A stretch of 64,000 nucleotides of DNA from Magallana gigas (taxonomy: Eukaryota): the NCBI RefSeq assembly GCF_963853765.1, contig NC_088855.1:22072001-22136000 (forward strand), written 5' to 3'. The number at the start of each line of letters is the position of its first letter. Within the stretch, counting starts at the first letter, position 1. The notes under the pieces are model-generated. The model was not told the DNA's origin. It saw only the letters and a list, made by a program, of their open reading frames with translations, and searched no databases. Shown here one piece after another: positions 13,001 to 26,215 of the stretch. Both the position numbers and the translations under genes were made by a program.

Positions 13001-15803
13001 CACCGTGGATCAGTGATTAAAGTATCTTGTGTCCCACAGATCACGAGTTTGAATCCGTTGGTGACTTTTGTTAATAATTACTTAATAAAACTCTTAAAAA
13101 TAATTATTTTTATTCAAATGTTGCATATATATATTTCACGTAGTTAAGTTACATATTTCTTATGCATTATGGGTATGTGTCATAAAAAAACTCTGATGCT
13201 TAAAGAAAGTACTTACGCGATTTGTTATTCTTTGACCTCAGATGGTACTGAAAATCGGTGTCATAATCCGGAGGCATGTCATTTTGACGCCACATCTTGA
13301 CTCGAACAGAAGCATCGGAATACCTGGTCTGAATGGTACCTCCATTAAGAGATAACGGTTGATACCAGGTGGTATCTGTACCTATAACAAATCGATCGCT
13401 CTTTTTGGCATTTATACAAGATTAAATACTTCTAAATTTAAAAACATTCCAATAAGTCACTTGTAGCTGTCAATTCTTAAAAATAATGGATAGAAAACTG
13501 TTCATTCCTACTAATTGTGGACAGTAAGAGGAAAAATTGTTATGAATTTATTGGACAGCTATGGGTATTTTGGAAACAAGAATAAAGGCATTCTATTTGC
13601 CAATTTAGAAACAGATGATATGTTTTACACCTAAAAACGAGACAAGTACTAGCATGATATATTAGAAAACTACACTGTCAACATATGCAGTGTCTCTTTT
13701 ACACCCCTTAACATTATTAGATTAGAAATGTTATCCCAAATAGACAATATGTTGCTTAGTAGAAGAATCAATGAAAATAAAATTTTCACAGCACAGCTTT
13801 ATAATTCCCTTATATTCGAAATTCAAATAAAATATTATATAAAATAAAAACACTGAAAATGTCCATTACTTGAACAACAGAAAGTGCTATACAAGAGTAG
13901 TTTTATTGTTCAACATTAAAAAATATATCTATTAGCATTGTCAACAGGTGCTCGATCAGTACTCTCTCTCTCTCATAGTATAGACAGTTTTTGGGGCTTA
14001 TATCCCTTAATTCTGTTTAATTTTGTAGTACGTCATAACTAATTTTGGCATTTCATATATTTTATCGTATTTTCAATCCAATATTTTATTTGAATTTCGA
14101 ATAAAAGGCAATTAATATTAACATTATTGCTATGCAAAATTCAAAGATTTTAAAGAATTTGACTGCGACGTCTAGTTAGAACTATATAATTATAGCAGAT
14201 TCATTTATAATTTAATACTGACAAACCGGTAACTTAATAAAAGCTTAATTACATTTTTTAAACTTGATATCTTCTATAAGGATTATAGAATCCTTATAGT
14301 AATGGTATAGTAATTAACAATTACTGATGGTTTATTTTTTTGATTTATTTTTATCAATTTAATTTTTTCTCAATACCAAGCCAACCTATTACTAAAATTA
14401 CAAAATGTATCGGGTTTGTTATCTAACGCGTGCTTACAAATGTATAAAGGTCTACGTTTACTCAGAATGAAAAAAATCCACTGATGACAATGAAAAACCA
14501 TCAATTGTGTGTTAAAGACCTATCATGCTAGTGCTATTTTTCGCTTTCAAAAAAAGTGGGTTAGTGACCTACTTTTTGAGATAATGGACATTGAATATTT
14601 TTGAAAATTTAAGAAAAGTCCCTAAAAAATTTACACTATGATTGAAATTCTCTTAATTGTGAAAATAATACAAATTGCTAAAAAAATTAAAAATGAAATA
14701 CAGTTAATGAATGGCAGTGACACTAAACAGACACAAAGCATTGTAGCAACCTCTAATGATACAACGTCCACTAATGAGAAATGTTGCATTAGTGATCAAG
14801 ATGTTGACCACTAATGATAGAGTTTTATCATTAACGAACGACCTAACCGTCCGCTAATGATATATTTTCAGATTTATATCAATAGCTGTCAACAATCGTA
14901 ACCTATAATGATATGGGGGGGGGGATGAGAAATAAGTACTACCTTGACCACTAATGATACACATTTGCACACATTTTCAATTGCATTTGTGGATGGATTT
15001 GCAACCTTTAATTAAATAATATGATATAATTTAATATAAAATTATTTATATTTATATTTATATTTACATTTGGAAACAAAATTTACTAAAGTGACGTCAT
15101 AGATGGACAGGTCATGAACCATGGTGACTAATGTTGAGTCTAATATGTTAGACAACCTCTGTAAACGTTGGATAAAGATTTGATTTTGTAAGATTTTACA
15201 TAAGAATTGGTTAAAATTGAGGGGGGGGGGGCAGATATCTGATCATATATATAGTCCTTTATTGTAAAATACACCATTCTGACATTGCCCCTGATATTTC
15301 GCCTTTTAAATTGAACTGAAATAGTCGCATACAGACAAAATACATAAAATTTATGACTTCGTCTGTTTACTTGAAGATCCAAATTGATTATCATTATTCA
15401 AAAAGGAGTTGTGCTGAATATTTTTAGTTGAAGAAAATTTGAAGAAAAGCAATTTTTCGATATTAAAATATAATTGTAAAACTTTAAGCGGGGTTTTATT
15501 AAAATAAAAAAGATCCAATTCATAAGATATTTTGCTATTGTGGTCTGTAGCACAATTAAATCACTCATCTGTTGTTAAATTGAATATGTGAATGTTTTAA
15601 TTATGTATAAGAACAACAAAGAATATTAATTAAAGTTGGTTGAATTAAAACTACTTAAACAATGGTGATTATGTCGGTGTAACAAAGAATGTTAACCTGG
15701 GTTGAAAATTGAACCGGGTTTGATAAAATTATATCATTAGTGGTCAACATCCTTACTACTAATGCAACATTATATCATTAGTGGACAGTGTATCATTAGA
15801 CAT

Positions 15804-15837
<34 letters not shown>

Positions 15838-15934
15838 GAAGGATAATTGTGTTTGCCAGGGGGGGTCCGAGGCATATTTTCGTGATAATTTTACTATGTA
15901 AATTTAATAAATTTTCATTTTCCAGGGGGGGTCG

Positions 15935-15969
<35 letters not shown>

Positions 15970-17169
15970 ATTAGAGGTTGCTACAAAGCAATAAGTTTTC
16001 ATTCACAATTTTTATGAATATTCCAGTCCGAATTTCCTCTATCAGTATTCAAATTCCTACCCTTTTTGATTCAATTTTACAAAAAATAAATGATGATAAT
16101 ACTAAAAGATTTATAGCATTAAACTAGGTATGTTGACCTTACTCTGCATTCATAAAAGTTTTATGAGAGCAATGATCAAAATATTGTGATATGGCATCTT
16201 TTATCGTTTTTAAGCATTTTTCAATACTTTTGTAGTGCATGCCATTCGAATATCTAAACGAAAAAGAGAGATAATCCTGCAGAAAATATGCAAAATTATG
16301 TTGACTAACAAAGAAAATCCGAATTTTCTCTGTTTTGCTAAAAGTCCAACTTTTTTTTAGCCTAATTCCATAATAAAAAAAAATATATCGAATGGTTTGT
16401 CAATAATAATTCATTTCATGAATATTTTTAGTGTTTAGAACAAATTTTACTCATGACATTGAATTTTATAACAATCCGAATTTGAGAACTCAAACCCTGA
16501 GTAAACAACGTCCTTAATAAATAAAGAGATTGTTTATGAAGATACGCCGAACTCTTGTCATTGAGTCCTGCCTTACTTTTATAAATACACTGTAATACTG
16601 GACAGTTTTATCAGATGCACACTCACCAAGGTACACCGCTAATCCATCGTCATTTTTCATATCGAGTGGGTCGTTATCAAACTTCTCTGGTAAAAGAATC
16701 AAAACACCGCTTGCATTGTAGAAATAAATAACACCTCCATATTTTTCAGTTGCGTCATCATCTCTAGGAGACGAACCAAAGGCATTGAATATGTAATAGT
16801 CAGAACCATCTTCAACCTTGACCTCAACAATGACCTTGACCGGTACTTGCGTCTCAGTTGCATTTTTTATATCCGTGAAGGGCACGTAAAACTCGACCTT
16901 GTGATCATCTTGTGCCTTTGCTGTTATCCAATCACTTATGAATGAAGGTTCATACACTGTCATTCCATTCGCAAACCCTAAGAAGAAATGGATGCATGCA
17001 TTAATAAAAATCTTAAATTCATAACTTAACTAATTTGGTATCGAAAAACTGGAAACTTTAAATTTACTGAGTGCGTTTAAATACAATTTTTACAATAGTT
17101 GTCGTACATATTGTATTTATATTCACTTTGTAAATTCAAAATTTACATGTACATATATTAAAAATTATG

Positions 17170-17234
<65 letters not shown>

Positions 17235-17543
17235 GTTAAAGGATTTATTGTTGAGAATACTTTATACTTTATCGCATTTTTGTCATATGAAAACTCACTA
17301 CAGATTCTGTACAATTTGTACATGTAGTTGTTTATTTGTTTTACACTATTACTTAAGAATGAATTTATTTAGTAAATATTAACTTAGGCATGTATATTTA
17401 AATATATTTGCCCTACTAAATCACTACTAAAATAAAAAAAAAAATGTTTTAACCGATTTCTTTCAAATAAGGTGCGATGAATGGTACTTACAGTGATGAA
17501 CAAAAATCCAAAATGATACAACCGAGAGTCTGTCTATAGGCAT
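858..17543 (-). CDS. Gene B (3'-partial paralog of gene A): signal peptide, 3x unassigned repeat and at least 5 intact sushi/CCP modules; continues off the left edge
   Basis: Join, complement of 17492-17543, 16627-16977, 13217-13381, 12714-12839, 12512-12604, 11898-12133, 11264-11531, 9538-9717, 8355-8531, 4387-4620, 2908-3096, 858-1091. Introns are GT-AG and the frame is open. Exons 1-9 are homologous one-to-one with gene A in size and phase. Confidence 0.85.
2908..3096 (-). CDS. Gene B exon 11: sushi/CCP (S10 type)
   Basis: 189 nt, phase 1-1; EIFCEPL...FSCNPGFQINGSSSLLCQIDGTWNGTQPNCL. Confidence 0.9.
3486..4219 (+). mobile_element. HINE/pearl(CvA)-like non-autonomous Helentron-type element
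   Basis: 5' subterminal IR gggtcttccgtc and 3' gacggaagaccc, TATTC-like microsatellite after the 5' IR, 3' palindrome ctcgttgctcgcaacgag, ctagtt end, T-rich insertion site. Confidence 0.8.
4387..4620 (-). CDS. Gene B exon 10: long-loop sushi/CCP (S9 type)
   Basis: 234 nt, phase 1-1; VITCPALTLPDNV...YSCVPGFNHSGGDLTRNCLRNGTWSGDPVMCN. Confidence 0.9.
6871..7047 (-). pseudogene. Decayed sushi pseudo-exon in a gene B intron (homolog of gene A S5/S8)
   Basis: 177 nt open frame EILRPNVTIPPNSEIVISSYSVNGTLTYTYKAGFEHTFGNLNRKCLLNGSWSGDSPICS. The acceptor reads ctttcaa instead of ctttcag, Cys1 is Arg and Cys2 is Tyr. Confidence 0.8.
8355..8531 (-). CDS. Gene B exon 9: sushi/CCP (counterpart of gene A S2)
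   Basis: 177 nt, phase 1-1; ETYCPDESDLPNG...YTCNLGFNISEGNLNRTCLPDGTWSGYPPVCS. Confidence 0.9.
9538..9717 (-). CDS. Gene B exon 8: atypical sushi/CCP S1 (5 Cys)
   Basis: 180 nt, phase 1-1; GSCNTTGLSLTNGYLNVPYVLPCERVAIVCNYGF...HCNLDAEWNQTVLQCT. Confidence 0.87.
9876..10203. mobile_element. MITE with 14-bp TIR and 5-bp TSD
   Basis: caggcacgtagcat ... atgctacgtgcctg, flanked by acaaa on both sides; poly-G and poly-C tracts inside. Confidence 0.85.
10639..10997. mobile_element. Second, more degenerate copy of the same MITE family
   Basis: caggcacgtagcat ... atgctacttgccta; internal sequence similar to 9876-10203; no TSD retained. Confidence 0.7.
11264..11531 (-). CDS. Gene B exon 7
   Basis: 268 nt, phase 0-1; ...FYGVGSVVTSGDYNPDMQSRYSGLIFGYNQYGVFVW...; weak donor gttggt at the position matching gene A. 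Confidence 0.85.
11898..12133 (-). CDS. Gene B exon 6
   Basis: 236 nt, phase 1-0, gtgagt donor; PITSAADGWG...IRVLAWNFDN...CRWTWN. Confidence 0.87.
12512..12604 (-). CDS. Gene B exon 5 (CxxC)
   Basis: 93 nt, phase 1-1; GIPGCFTCGTEAGGLTFAYNESHVRVWVKES. Confidence 0.88.
12714..12839 (-). CDS. Gene B exon 4
   Basis: 126 nt, phase 1-1; TYFEIPIGMTSYPDMVVVQAKP...GLISEGN. Confidence 0.88.
13217..13381 (-). CDS. Gene B exon 3
   Basis: 165 nt, phase 1-1; GTDTTWYQPLS...DASVRVKMWRQNDMPPDYDTDFQY. Confidence 0.88.
15801..15969. mobile_element. Short MITE with 12-bp TIR and 6-bp TSD
   Basis: catgcgcggatc ... gatccgcgcatg flanked by attaga on both sides. Confidence 0.85.
16627..16977 (-). CDS. Gene B exon 2: head repeat 1
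   Basis: 351 nt, phase 1-1, tag acceptor and gtgagt donor. Confidence 0.9.
17174..17233. repeat. (TA)30 microsatellite
   Basis: Pure TA run in gene B intron 1. Confidence 0.95.
17492..17543 (-). CDS. Gene B exon 1 (coding part): signal peptide MPIDRLSVVSFWIFVHH
   Basis: aaaaaATGCC context, 52 nt, gtaagt donor; splices to WFANG-MTVYEP; mirrors gene A exon 1. Confidence 0.75.
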
Positions 17544-18978
17544 TTTTTATTGAGCTTTAACCAATGGCTTGCTAAATGTAACCTTCTTTTGCATCAGTCT
17601 TTCGAGGACTAGTATAGTTTTGAACATCTACTAAGTGAGTAAAGGAAACACTGGAATTTTATGAAGCACTTACAATGGCAGTCACTCATGAAAATCGATT
17701 AAATATTGCCTTTCGCCTTTTACCTAGTTACATATATATTTGATGAAGTGGTATTCGATTTTTTTTTTAATTCCTGTTTTGACTTTACAATTATTGAATG
17801 GTGTTCACTATCAACCCTTATTGTGGATATAACAAAAACTTACCAATACTTCATGTGAACAAATAAAAAGGCAATGACGGTGAACTCTTTTAGAGCAGCT
17901 TCACTTATTTCACTTATTCCTTTTTCCGAAAAATGGTTATACCAAAGAAAATATCCATTCAATTTATTTCATATCATTGATTAAGATCTGGTTGTATTAA
18001 CATTGATTTAAAAGGTTGTATTCTATTATGAATAAATACCGTCAAAACACAAATTTCTGCTTATTTCATGTACTTTTAGCAAAACTGGAGATGTGCCATC
18101 GGTTGAATGAAGATCAATTCTTAAATCTTTGCATTAATCATTTCGCCTATCCCATTTCAGACCATTAATCCATTCACCAATATCTGTTTCAACCTCAGGC
18201 AATTAAATTTTGCCATTGGTCCATTAATACCTGCAGTGAAGATGTTATACACATACTAGCTGTGTCTTACGACAGGTTGATAAAAGGTAATTAGGTTGTC
18301 CCACTATTTTGTTTTTGATGTTGTATTGCCTCGGGGTGAAAAGAAAATCATGCTGTCAGATTTTAAAATCTGGATGCATTTGACTGTAACATTTTACGCC
18401 TTTTTATCTATCAAGCGGATGAAGCTTCGAACATCCATTGAACGAATTCGATATAATTGATTAATGTTTTGAATTAAATGATCTGCCATCCTAACCGAAA
18501 ACTGTATTATCAAATTACATTTTGAAATACGCTTGAATAGATTATAAGTTACCTGGGGTTTTTTGTTTTGTTTTCAAAGAGATGATTCGCAAAACGTTTC
18601 ATCTTCGTTGCTTTAAAATTGCCAAAGTTGAAAGATAATGAGTGACTTTAAAATGTCCAAAGATGAAAGAGAATTATTCAAGAGTTTAGTTACAGATGAT
18701 TGAATTGATAAAGTTCAGAGTTTGATTTTCTCTACTTCAAGCTAAAGATAAGCTACAGAAAATTTTTCTTTAAAAGTATTTAGAAACCAAATGCTTTTCT
18801 TTTTTGCGAACCTCTCGCTCTAAGGTAATGCTTGACAATTTGAAAAACCCGATTACAATTAAACTACGGGTCAGGGTCATTTTGATCAAAGCACATTAAA
18901 TATAAATCTGAAATATATCATTAAATGATATTGAATTATATTTTATATAAGATAGCATCGTGTTGTACATGTGCTTAC

Positions 18979-19060
18979 CTTATCAGGATTGGTTGCAGAC
19001 AGTATGGTCCGGATGGCTAAATAGTATATACAGTGTGCGATACAAATTGCTCTTGTTGGA
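18979..19060 (-). other. Possible non-coding 5' UTR exon of gene B
   Basis: Strong donor AAG|gtaagc at 18979, upstream of the ATG exon, which has a candidate acceptor at 17572. The 5' boundary is not determinable and the end coordinate is approximate. Confidence 0.3.
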
Positions 19061-22000
19061 GATTCTATTAAGGTAAAGTATGTATGTACATCTTACAACA
19101 CGTTTGCTATTATTATACTCACTGTACATGTCGTTTACTGACAAATATTGCTGATAGTTGTGACGTTTGACTATTGTATGGTCTTTAGAAATAACATTAG
19201 ATTGATTATTTATTCAACAAGTTGCTATATAATCCAAAACGTAACTGTTCTTTTTCAGAAATGAGTTCTTTTCAAAGCTGACAAAATGTCATTTAGATAT
19301 GCTTGACTCATACGAGAAAAGGCAATTAAAACACACCTAAATTAATCTACACAGACTTGGATCCACCCCATTCAATTATTAAATCATATTGTATATCTTA
19401 AGGACAGTGCTTGATCATGAGTTGGTCAGTTGATATCTACTACCTTGGTTTTTATTGATTGTCAGAGTCAGGTTGAATCGGTTGCTCTCTATTTTTTGTT
19501 TTATGTGTTTTACCGCCAAGTTTGACATTAATTGACAGGACATTGACCAGAGCAGCAGACCTATATACACATATTGACTTGCACTTGAATTCTGGACCAG
19601 AACTTGCTAATTTTTGGGTAACTTTATCAAATACTAATATTCATGTAATTGAATTGTTCATTAGGATCAATTAGACTATTTTATTCCAGAAATTTTCTTA
19701 GAACTATTCTCTTCAAATTACATAATCAGATGTTTATGTTGTATCTACAAATATTATCTAACTTATGCTAAAAGAATGGCGAGGAAGTGCTATTGACTTT
19801 TTTTTAATGAGCAATATAATTTTCTATGACCGACCAAGTATTTCTGAGAATTGTAATGCTTATTATTATATATAAGAGTAATCTCCCGCCGAAATGCTTT
19901 AAAGTATATAAGGTAGTGAAATAATGTTGAAAATATTATCTTGATGGAAATCATTAAATGCTGTACTGTACTAATGTTATAATTAATATGAATTGTATCC
20001 GAAGGCAGAGGGCGGCATAACACTTCAGGGCTTTCCTGTCGCCTCAGGGAAAATATTTTGGTATGTCGCCCTCGGAGCCATGTAATATATCATGTTATAT
20101 TATGTTATATAATATTTTTAAAAATAAAAATCTGTTTACCTCATTAACAGATGTATTTTAATTATTAATGCATCTTTTTATATTATAAATCAATTTTTTG
20201 GCAAAATGTCGATAGATGCTTTCAAAAAAAGATAATTTTTCAAAATACACTATTAAAGTAAGTTTCTCTGAATAGCAAACACTGTCCCGACATTTCGAGG
20301 AACTGTTTACGTCTGCTTAGCTGGATTTCAAATCCGACGTAATTAATATGCAGAATTTAGCACGTGAGGGTAATATAACAGTTTCAGTAGGTCAATATAA
20401 CCATTTCATGTGAAATTATGACTCTTTTAACTTTTTCCGGGAGGGCAATATAACTATTTCCGGTGTGATTCAGCAATTTTCAGGGCATAGTAAAAAATTA
20501 TCCCATTTGTGACATATCGAGAAAAACTGATTCCAAAATGTTATATATTATATTTAATCACACAAACCTGGATTATGTTTATAATAATTGATATGAAAAC
20601 TTTTCCGGATGTCAAGTGTCCCTTTTTTGTCAATTTTCAAAATTATCCAAATCATCACGTCACGTTATTAGATCACAGTTAGTATAGTGTACCAAAAATA
20701 AATATTTGACTCGATCTTTTGCAGCATTATCTGGTGTAAAACAAGATCAACATCTTAATGATCCAACATGTTTGGTAGTATTGAGGAGAACAGACATTTC
20801 TCATTTAAAAACAGAATACTGCAGTCATATGCTCTCACCCGATTCATACCTTAATTTGAATTACAATGTAAGCTATAATAGTTTAAACACAACGTTGATA
20901 AGATTCTTATACAGTTTTGAATTAATTTGTATACTTTTGCAGTTTAACCAAGCTATGAATTTCTGTGCAAAACACAAAATGGAAATTTGCAAAGATCAGC
21001 CTTAGCCACCATTCAAATTCAATTTTGTAGAGTTTATTATCATAGTTTGTGTTTGAAATAGAATTTTCGACAGTATATTTTTCGTGCGTGACAATTGCCC
21101 CTTTAACAGGGTTTAAAAAATAATCGAAAATGATCTCCTTTCCTCATATCATCACTATACTTTTGTTAACGGTCTCCGATAATCAGCACTGTTCTATAAC
21201 TCTAAAATATCCGGATTTGTTTTATTCGTACCATAAAGCTGCCTTTCATATAGACAAATTTAATAAGTCTTGTAGTGTTAATATTTACATAAAGACACCA
21301 ATGAACTACTTGGTTTCGTGGCTTCACGGAAACCTACTACCTAGAGGTAGAGGGATTCGAGCCACTGATGCACCGGCATAAGTGGGTTTTTTTTCTTATT
21401 TTGATCTCAACTTGTATACGTTATTTATTCTATTATATCCATTGTGGCTAAATTGCAATTATTTTAAAGTACGTTGATGCCACCAAATTTTTTTTTTTAA
21501 TTTTAAATTCTATTTATAAAGTTTGAAGGATAAATAACATTCTTAAGATGAACAAATGTTTGAGGCCAAGGATCGGAGGACCTTATTATTATTTTCTTAT
21601 ATGATAGAGTAATATATTAAGTATTGTTTTGTTAGATATGACCGACGGATGTCTAGAATAATTTGTTGGAGTATATGAATTTGATTTTCTTTTTGCATTT
21701 TCGGATTTCAACATTTCCATTATTTATTTTAAAAAAACGACATTTCACACCTTATCTTAGCGGTGATAAAATGCCTTTAGTTAAAATACCAATGGCCGGG
21801 AGGAACATTATACGCCTATTCCAAAGATAGGCCTTTGGCTTTTTTTAGATTTGAAAATTAGGTAAAGAACAAAAGATGAATTGCTTTTTGATTACATTTA
21901 TAGTATGCTATTAACCTGAGAGTTTTGCTGTATATTTTCAATGCATTTTAAAATAATTTAGTGACTATCAATGTAAGAGTACATAGAAAAAATATGGCGA

Positions 22001-25000
22001 TTTAAAAAATATGGCATTTAATATGATTCAAAATGTCTAACGAATCGAATAATTTTAATTTTTACGCTGCATAGATTTAATCTATATATCAAACTTATCC
22101 ACATCTCTCTAAGAACTATTTGTTGTTCTTTGAAATTCATTTTTTAATGACACAGAAGTAGTTTACAAAGTACTAGTATTCAGTCTTTAAAATAAATTAC
22201 CAACAAATGCTGAAAAATGAAGACAACATATGCAATTTTTCTGTGTTTCAAAGGTTTAAAAGGTTATGAACAATATAATATGCTTATAACTATAATGCAG
22301 TCTAAGGCAATTAGGTAATTATTTCACCTGGACAATTTCTTGTTCCGCATACGTCTTTTTCTTTACCAGATATTCTGATACATGTACATTTTATTTGCAA
22401 AACGGCAACAAACCCGATTAGGATGACAAAGACTTCCTTTATTATCCATGTTTTTCATCTTTATATATGAGTAGAGAGAAACATATCTCATTGTTTGATG
22501 GTGAAAACAAAAGGATTAGGTCCAAGTTCTAAAAACTTTCCAACATGTACATATGTAGTGATAACATAAAGTAATATTTCATATTAAACACACCGTATAC
22601 ATGGTCAATATTAGTACATGAACACATAAAATGGTTGAAATTAGGACAGAAGTTACACAGAAAAATAATTCAAAAGACAAAGTGTATATGGCTTAGTAAA
22701 GACAATAAATAACCGACAGGTGTTGTATTGTAATTTTTCCCCCTTGTCATCCGTCCTTCCGTGAAAATGACGGAAAAATGCCTATATGGTAGGTTCCTCC
22801 TCGAAAAGCTAGCTATCTATTTTAGCTATATATATAATATTTCCCCAATTTTTATAGCCAGGTCATCCCCACAAAAAGCCTTTTATATAGTAGATTTTCC
22901 TCTTTTCATTCTATTCCTGTCTCTTCACACACTACCTGGCAAATCTTGACTTAATTTGGTGTACCATATAAGGGAAGTATGGAGCTGGATATTGCAAAGT
23001 TTATTGCTCCTTTCTTCCTTCAAAGGCCACTCATGTCATAAACTGTACAGAAAATTATTTTCAAATCTTTACTCACTACTTCTAGATATCTTGCTTTGCT
23101 TTGATAGGTGGGTTCTACATGTAAGTAAAGGTATGGATTACTACCAATCATGTAAGAAAAACGAATTAAAAACCGAGTTTTGAAACATTTACATGTTTAT
23201 AAATACATGAGCACGAAGCGCATTGATATACTGATAAAACTGCAAGTAATTTGGATATGAAATTAAACGCAATGTTATACAATGTAAATAATTTGTAAGC
23301 AAATGGTATGGCTTTTTTCAACCATATTTCAGTTTGATTCTTTGCTGGATGAACGCATGATTCGTTAAAATAATGAGTAGACAGTCTTCAAGTTGTGCCT
23401 TTATTACGAAAGCCCAGAATTCGAGATCTGAGATACTAAAATTATATGGTTTTCATCATTCACTGTATGTAAAAATTTATAGAACATTTATTTTAAAGAT
23501 TACATCTATACTTTTAATTTTGAATTTTGCAATAAATATAATAGTGTAGGTTGGCTTTGAATGCAGTAAAATCAATAAAATATAAAACACTATCCCTTAT
23601 ATAACTTTTTTTTAGTGATTATGCAGTTGCGCTATATTGTGCAACTTACTAAATTGTAAAAAAAAATACACACTTCTTCCTGCATAAAACTGGCAGGATT
23701 GTTTGGGGGTTTGTTAAAAACTTATGCGTAAGTGATGTATATATACAACTTTCTTATTTTTAATTTTACATGAAATATTGAATTTATGACAATTTTTAAC
23801 TGATAAAAAGATAAGAAATCTTTTTCTTTTTAAAAATGATTTACACCTGTAAAACATAAAGCGTATCTAACAACAATACGGGTTTAATGGATGACCTTTT
23901 GTGGCGTATAGGCAACGTACACAATATGCATGTCCATGACTGTATGTGTACAAAGTAAATTGTGTGGCAATTATATACAAACTCATGAAACATGATTTGA
24001 TCGTAAAAGAGAATATAATGGTTGATAGTCAATTAGTCATAAACACAACAGAGTAAAACATTCAAATAACCATCAAATAATGAACGATCTTTGTATGATA
24101 TACATGTAGAAACTCCAATTGATTCTCCAGAGCAGAAATATTGCCCAAACAAGATTGTACAAACAGACGAATGAACCAAACAAATGCCGAATGAATTAAT
24201 TCAAAAATATCATTAGGATTTTATTTTATAGACAATTTTAGTTTACAATCTATACGCATAAATTCTCTGTATTTTATATGAAATTTAAACAAATCAAAAC
24301 TTTGCCTACACAATGTAAAAAAATTTACAAAAAGTGTACATGTACATTGTACATGTATACAGGCTTATGTAACATTTAGATGTACAAAACATTGATTTAA
24401 TCTTGACGGACTCTTCGTTAATTGCATTATCTTTTTTTAAAATCTTAACAAAAAGCGGGAAGGGGGGGGGGGCATACTGTTGGGAAAAGTCTATTACTTT
24501 TTTTATACCCCCGTGGTAAAAACTACTATAATATAGCCAGTTTTCCGAGGGGGGCACTATGGGGAGGGGGCTGCTATACAGTATACAACACTGGAGCCCT
24601 TTGCAAATTTCAGTACGTTGAAAAACATTTTTTTCTTTTCTGCCATAACAATGGAATCATCTCCCTTATTACAAAACATTGTAGTCTACAATGTTTCAAC
24701 TATCTATTCTATTCTATAGTCCAATAACGAACTCCAAAAGAAACCTTAGACGGCCGTGTGAAGTACTAGAATGTCGAAAACTGTTCTTAAACGAGCTTTA
24801 ACTTGGAAAATTTCTAAATTATATGGATATTGCATTCCATATATAAATGGCTGTTAATAGGTAAGATGATATACAAGTATTTATTCTTCCCTAAGTAATG
24901 CTATTATAATAACTGTTAAGACTGACTGGTAAAAAAGTTCAGTTCAGTTAAGCGATTTTTCAAACAAAAATATCCGTAAGATAGTTAGGTTATATATTGT

Positions 25001-25889
25001 AATTAGTTTCATATAAAGGTGTTCTGAATTTCTTATTTTGTCAATCAATAAGTGCTTCCCACTCGGTTTCACGATAAAAAAAGTCTCCTGACACTAACAA
25101 AATTAGACATGTAACTATTCACGGTGCTAAAAAAAGTTTGAAGTTCTTTGAGTTTATATGAGTACGAGTGACCATTACCGTGCATTACAATTATTATTAA
25201 TAATATTTTTCATATCATGCATTATATATACATGCGTAATTTTATCTACATTGGTAAGTTGGGTATTATTTAATCACCAATCGTCATTTCAATCCATATT
25301 TTGACTTTCTTTGCATTATTGTCACTATTCAATTAATTTTTCGTATTCTACATAAATTCATTTAAACGCTTTTAATTTTTATTGGCGTAGTTTTAAATAA
25401 AAGTCAGTTTACAATGTGCCTAACATGGTTATATCAATATTTAGGGGAAATAAAAAATTATTTTGGAAATGCTAAACAGTATTTTTCAAATTTCGTGAGA
25501 TATTATTTTCAATTTTTGTTCTCAAGAATATGCATCCCATACGTTATCTGAAACATAGTCTGTATATAACATCGATAGAAGTAAATTCCACGAAATCGCA
25601 TCCCTCTTAAATTCAAAAATATTGACTCAAATGACAAGCTCTCACAGAGAGCAGGGGCCTGAAAAGGTTACCATACAAATCAAGTCAAAACATATACATT
25701 TTAACTTGTTTCTTTAAACGTAATTATCTGGCATGAACTGAAATAATAATGACACACGACTCAATGCAGGCATATGTCAACACAGTAAACTGCTCATTAA
25801 AAAAATAAACCTTAAATTACTTTCCAATGCACTTCCTCCTGCTAGTAATCGCATGAGGTGGAAAATGAGGAGGAGTGTCCGTCTTCTGT

Positions 25890-26215
25890 TTAGCTTTTGT
25901 GAAAACGTCTATGATAGGAATGTCCATTTTGAAAAAAGTTTAACAATATGTACCGAATAGCTTTTAACATGTCCGGAATGATAATCAACCCAGCCAGCAC
26001 GATGAGAAATACTACCCAGACGGCACCAGAAGCATTCGTGGAAGGTCGGAAATCTTTAATGCAGATCTTCTTCCTTAAAGCCGCCGAAGTTTGATTCTTT
26101 AGAACCACCAATTCTTTCTGCATCTTTTCAATTTTCTGAATGAGCCTCACATCGCTAACGTTTGTGTATTTTGGTACGGTCACAAAATCACAAGGGCACA
26201 AACAATCACCGATAG
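25890..26215 (-). CDS. Gene A terminal coding exon: CxCxC, coiled-coil, juxtamembrane motif, TM (about 25977-26024), short cytoplasmic tail, stop
   Basis: acag acceptor; AIGDCLCPC...LIQKIEKMQKELVVLKNQTSAALRKKICIKDFRPSTNASGAVWVVFLIVLAGLIIIPDMLKAIRY...HKS then TAA at 25892-25890. Confidence 0.88.
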
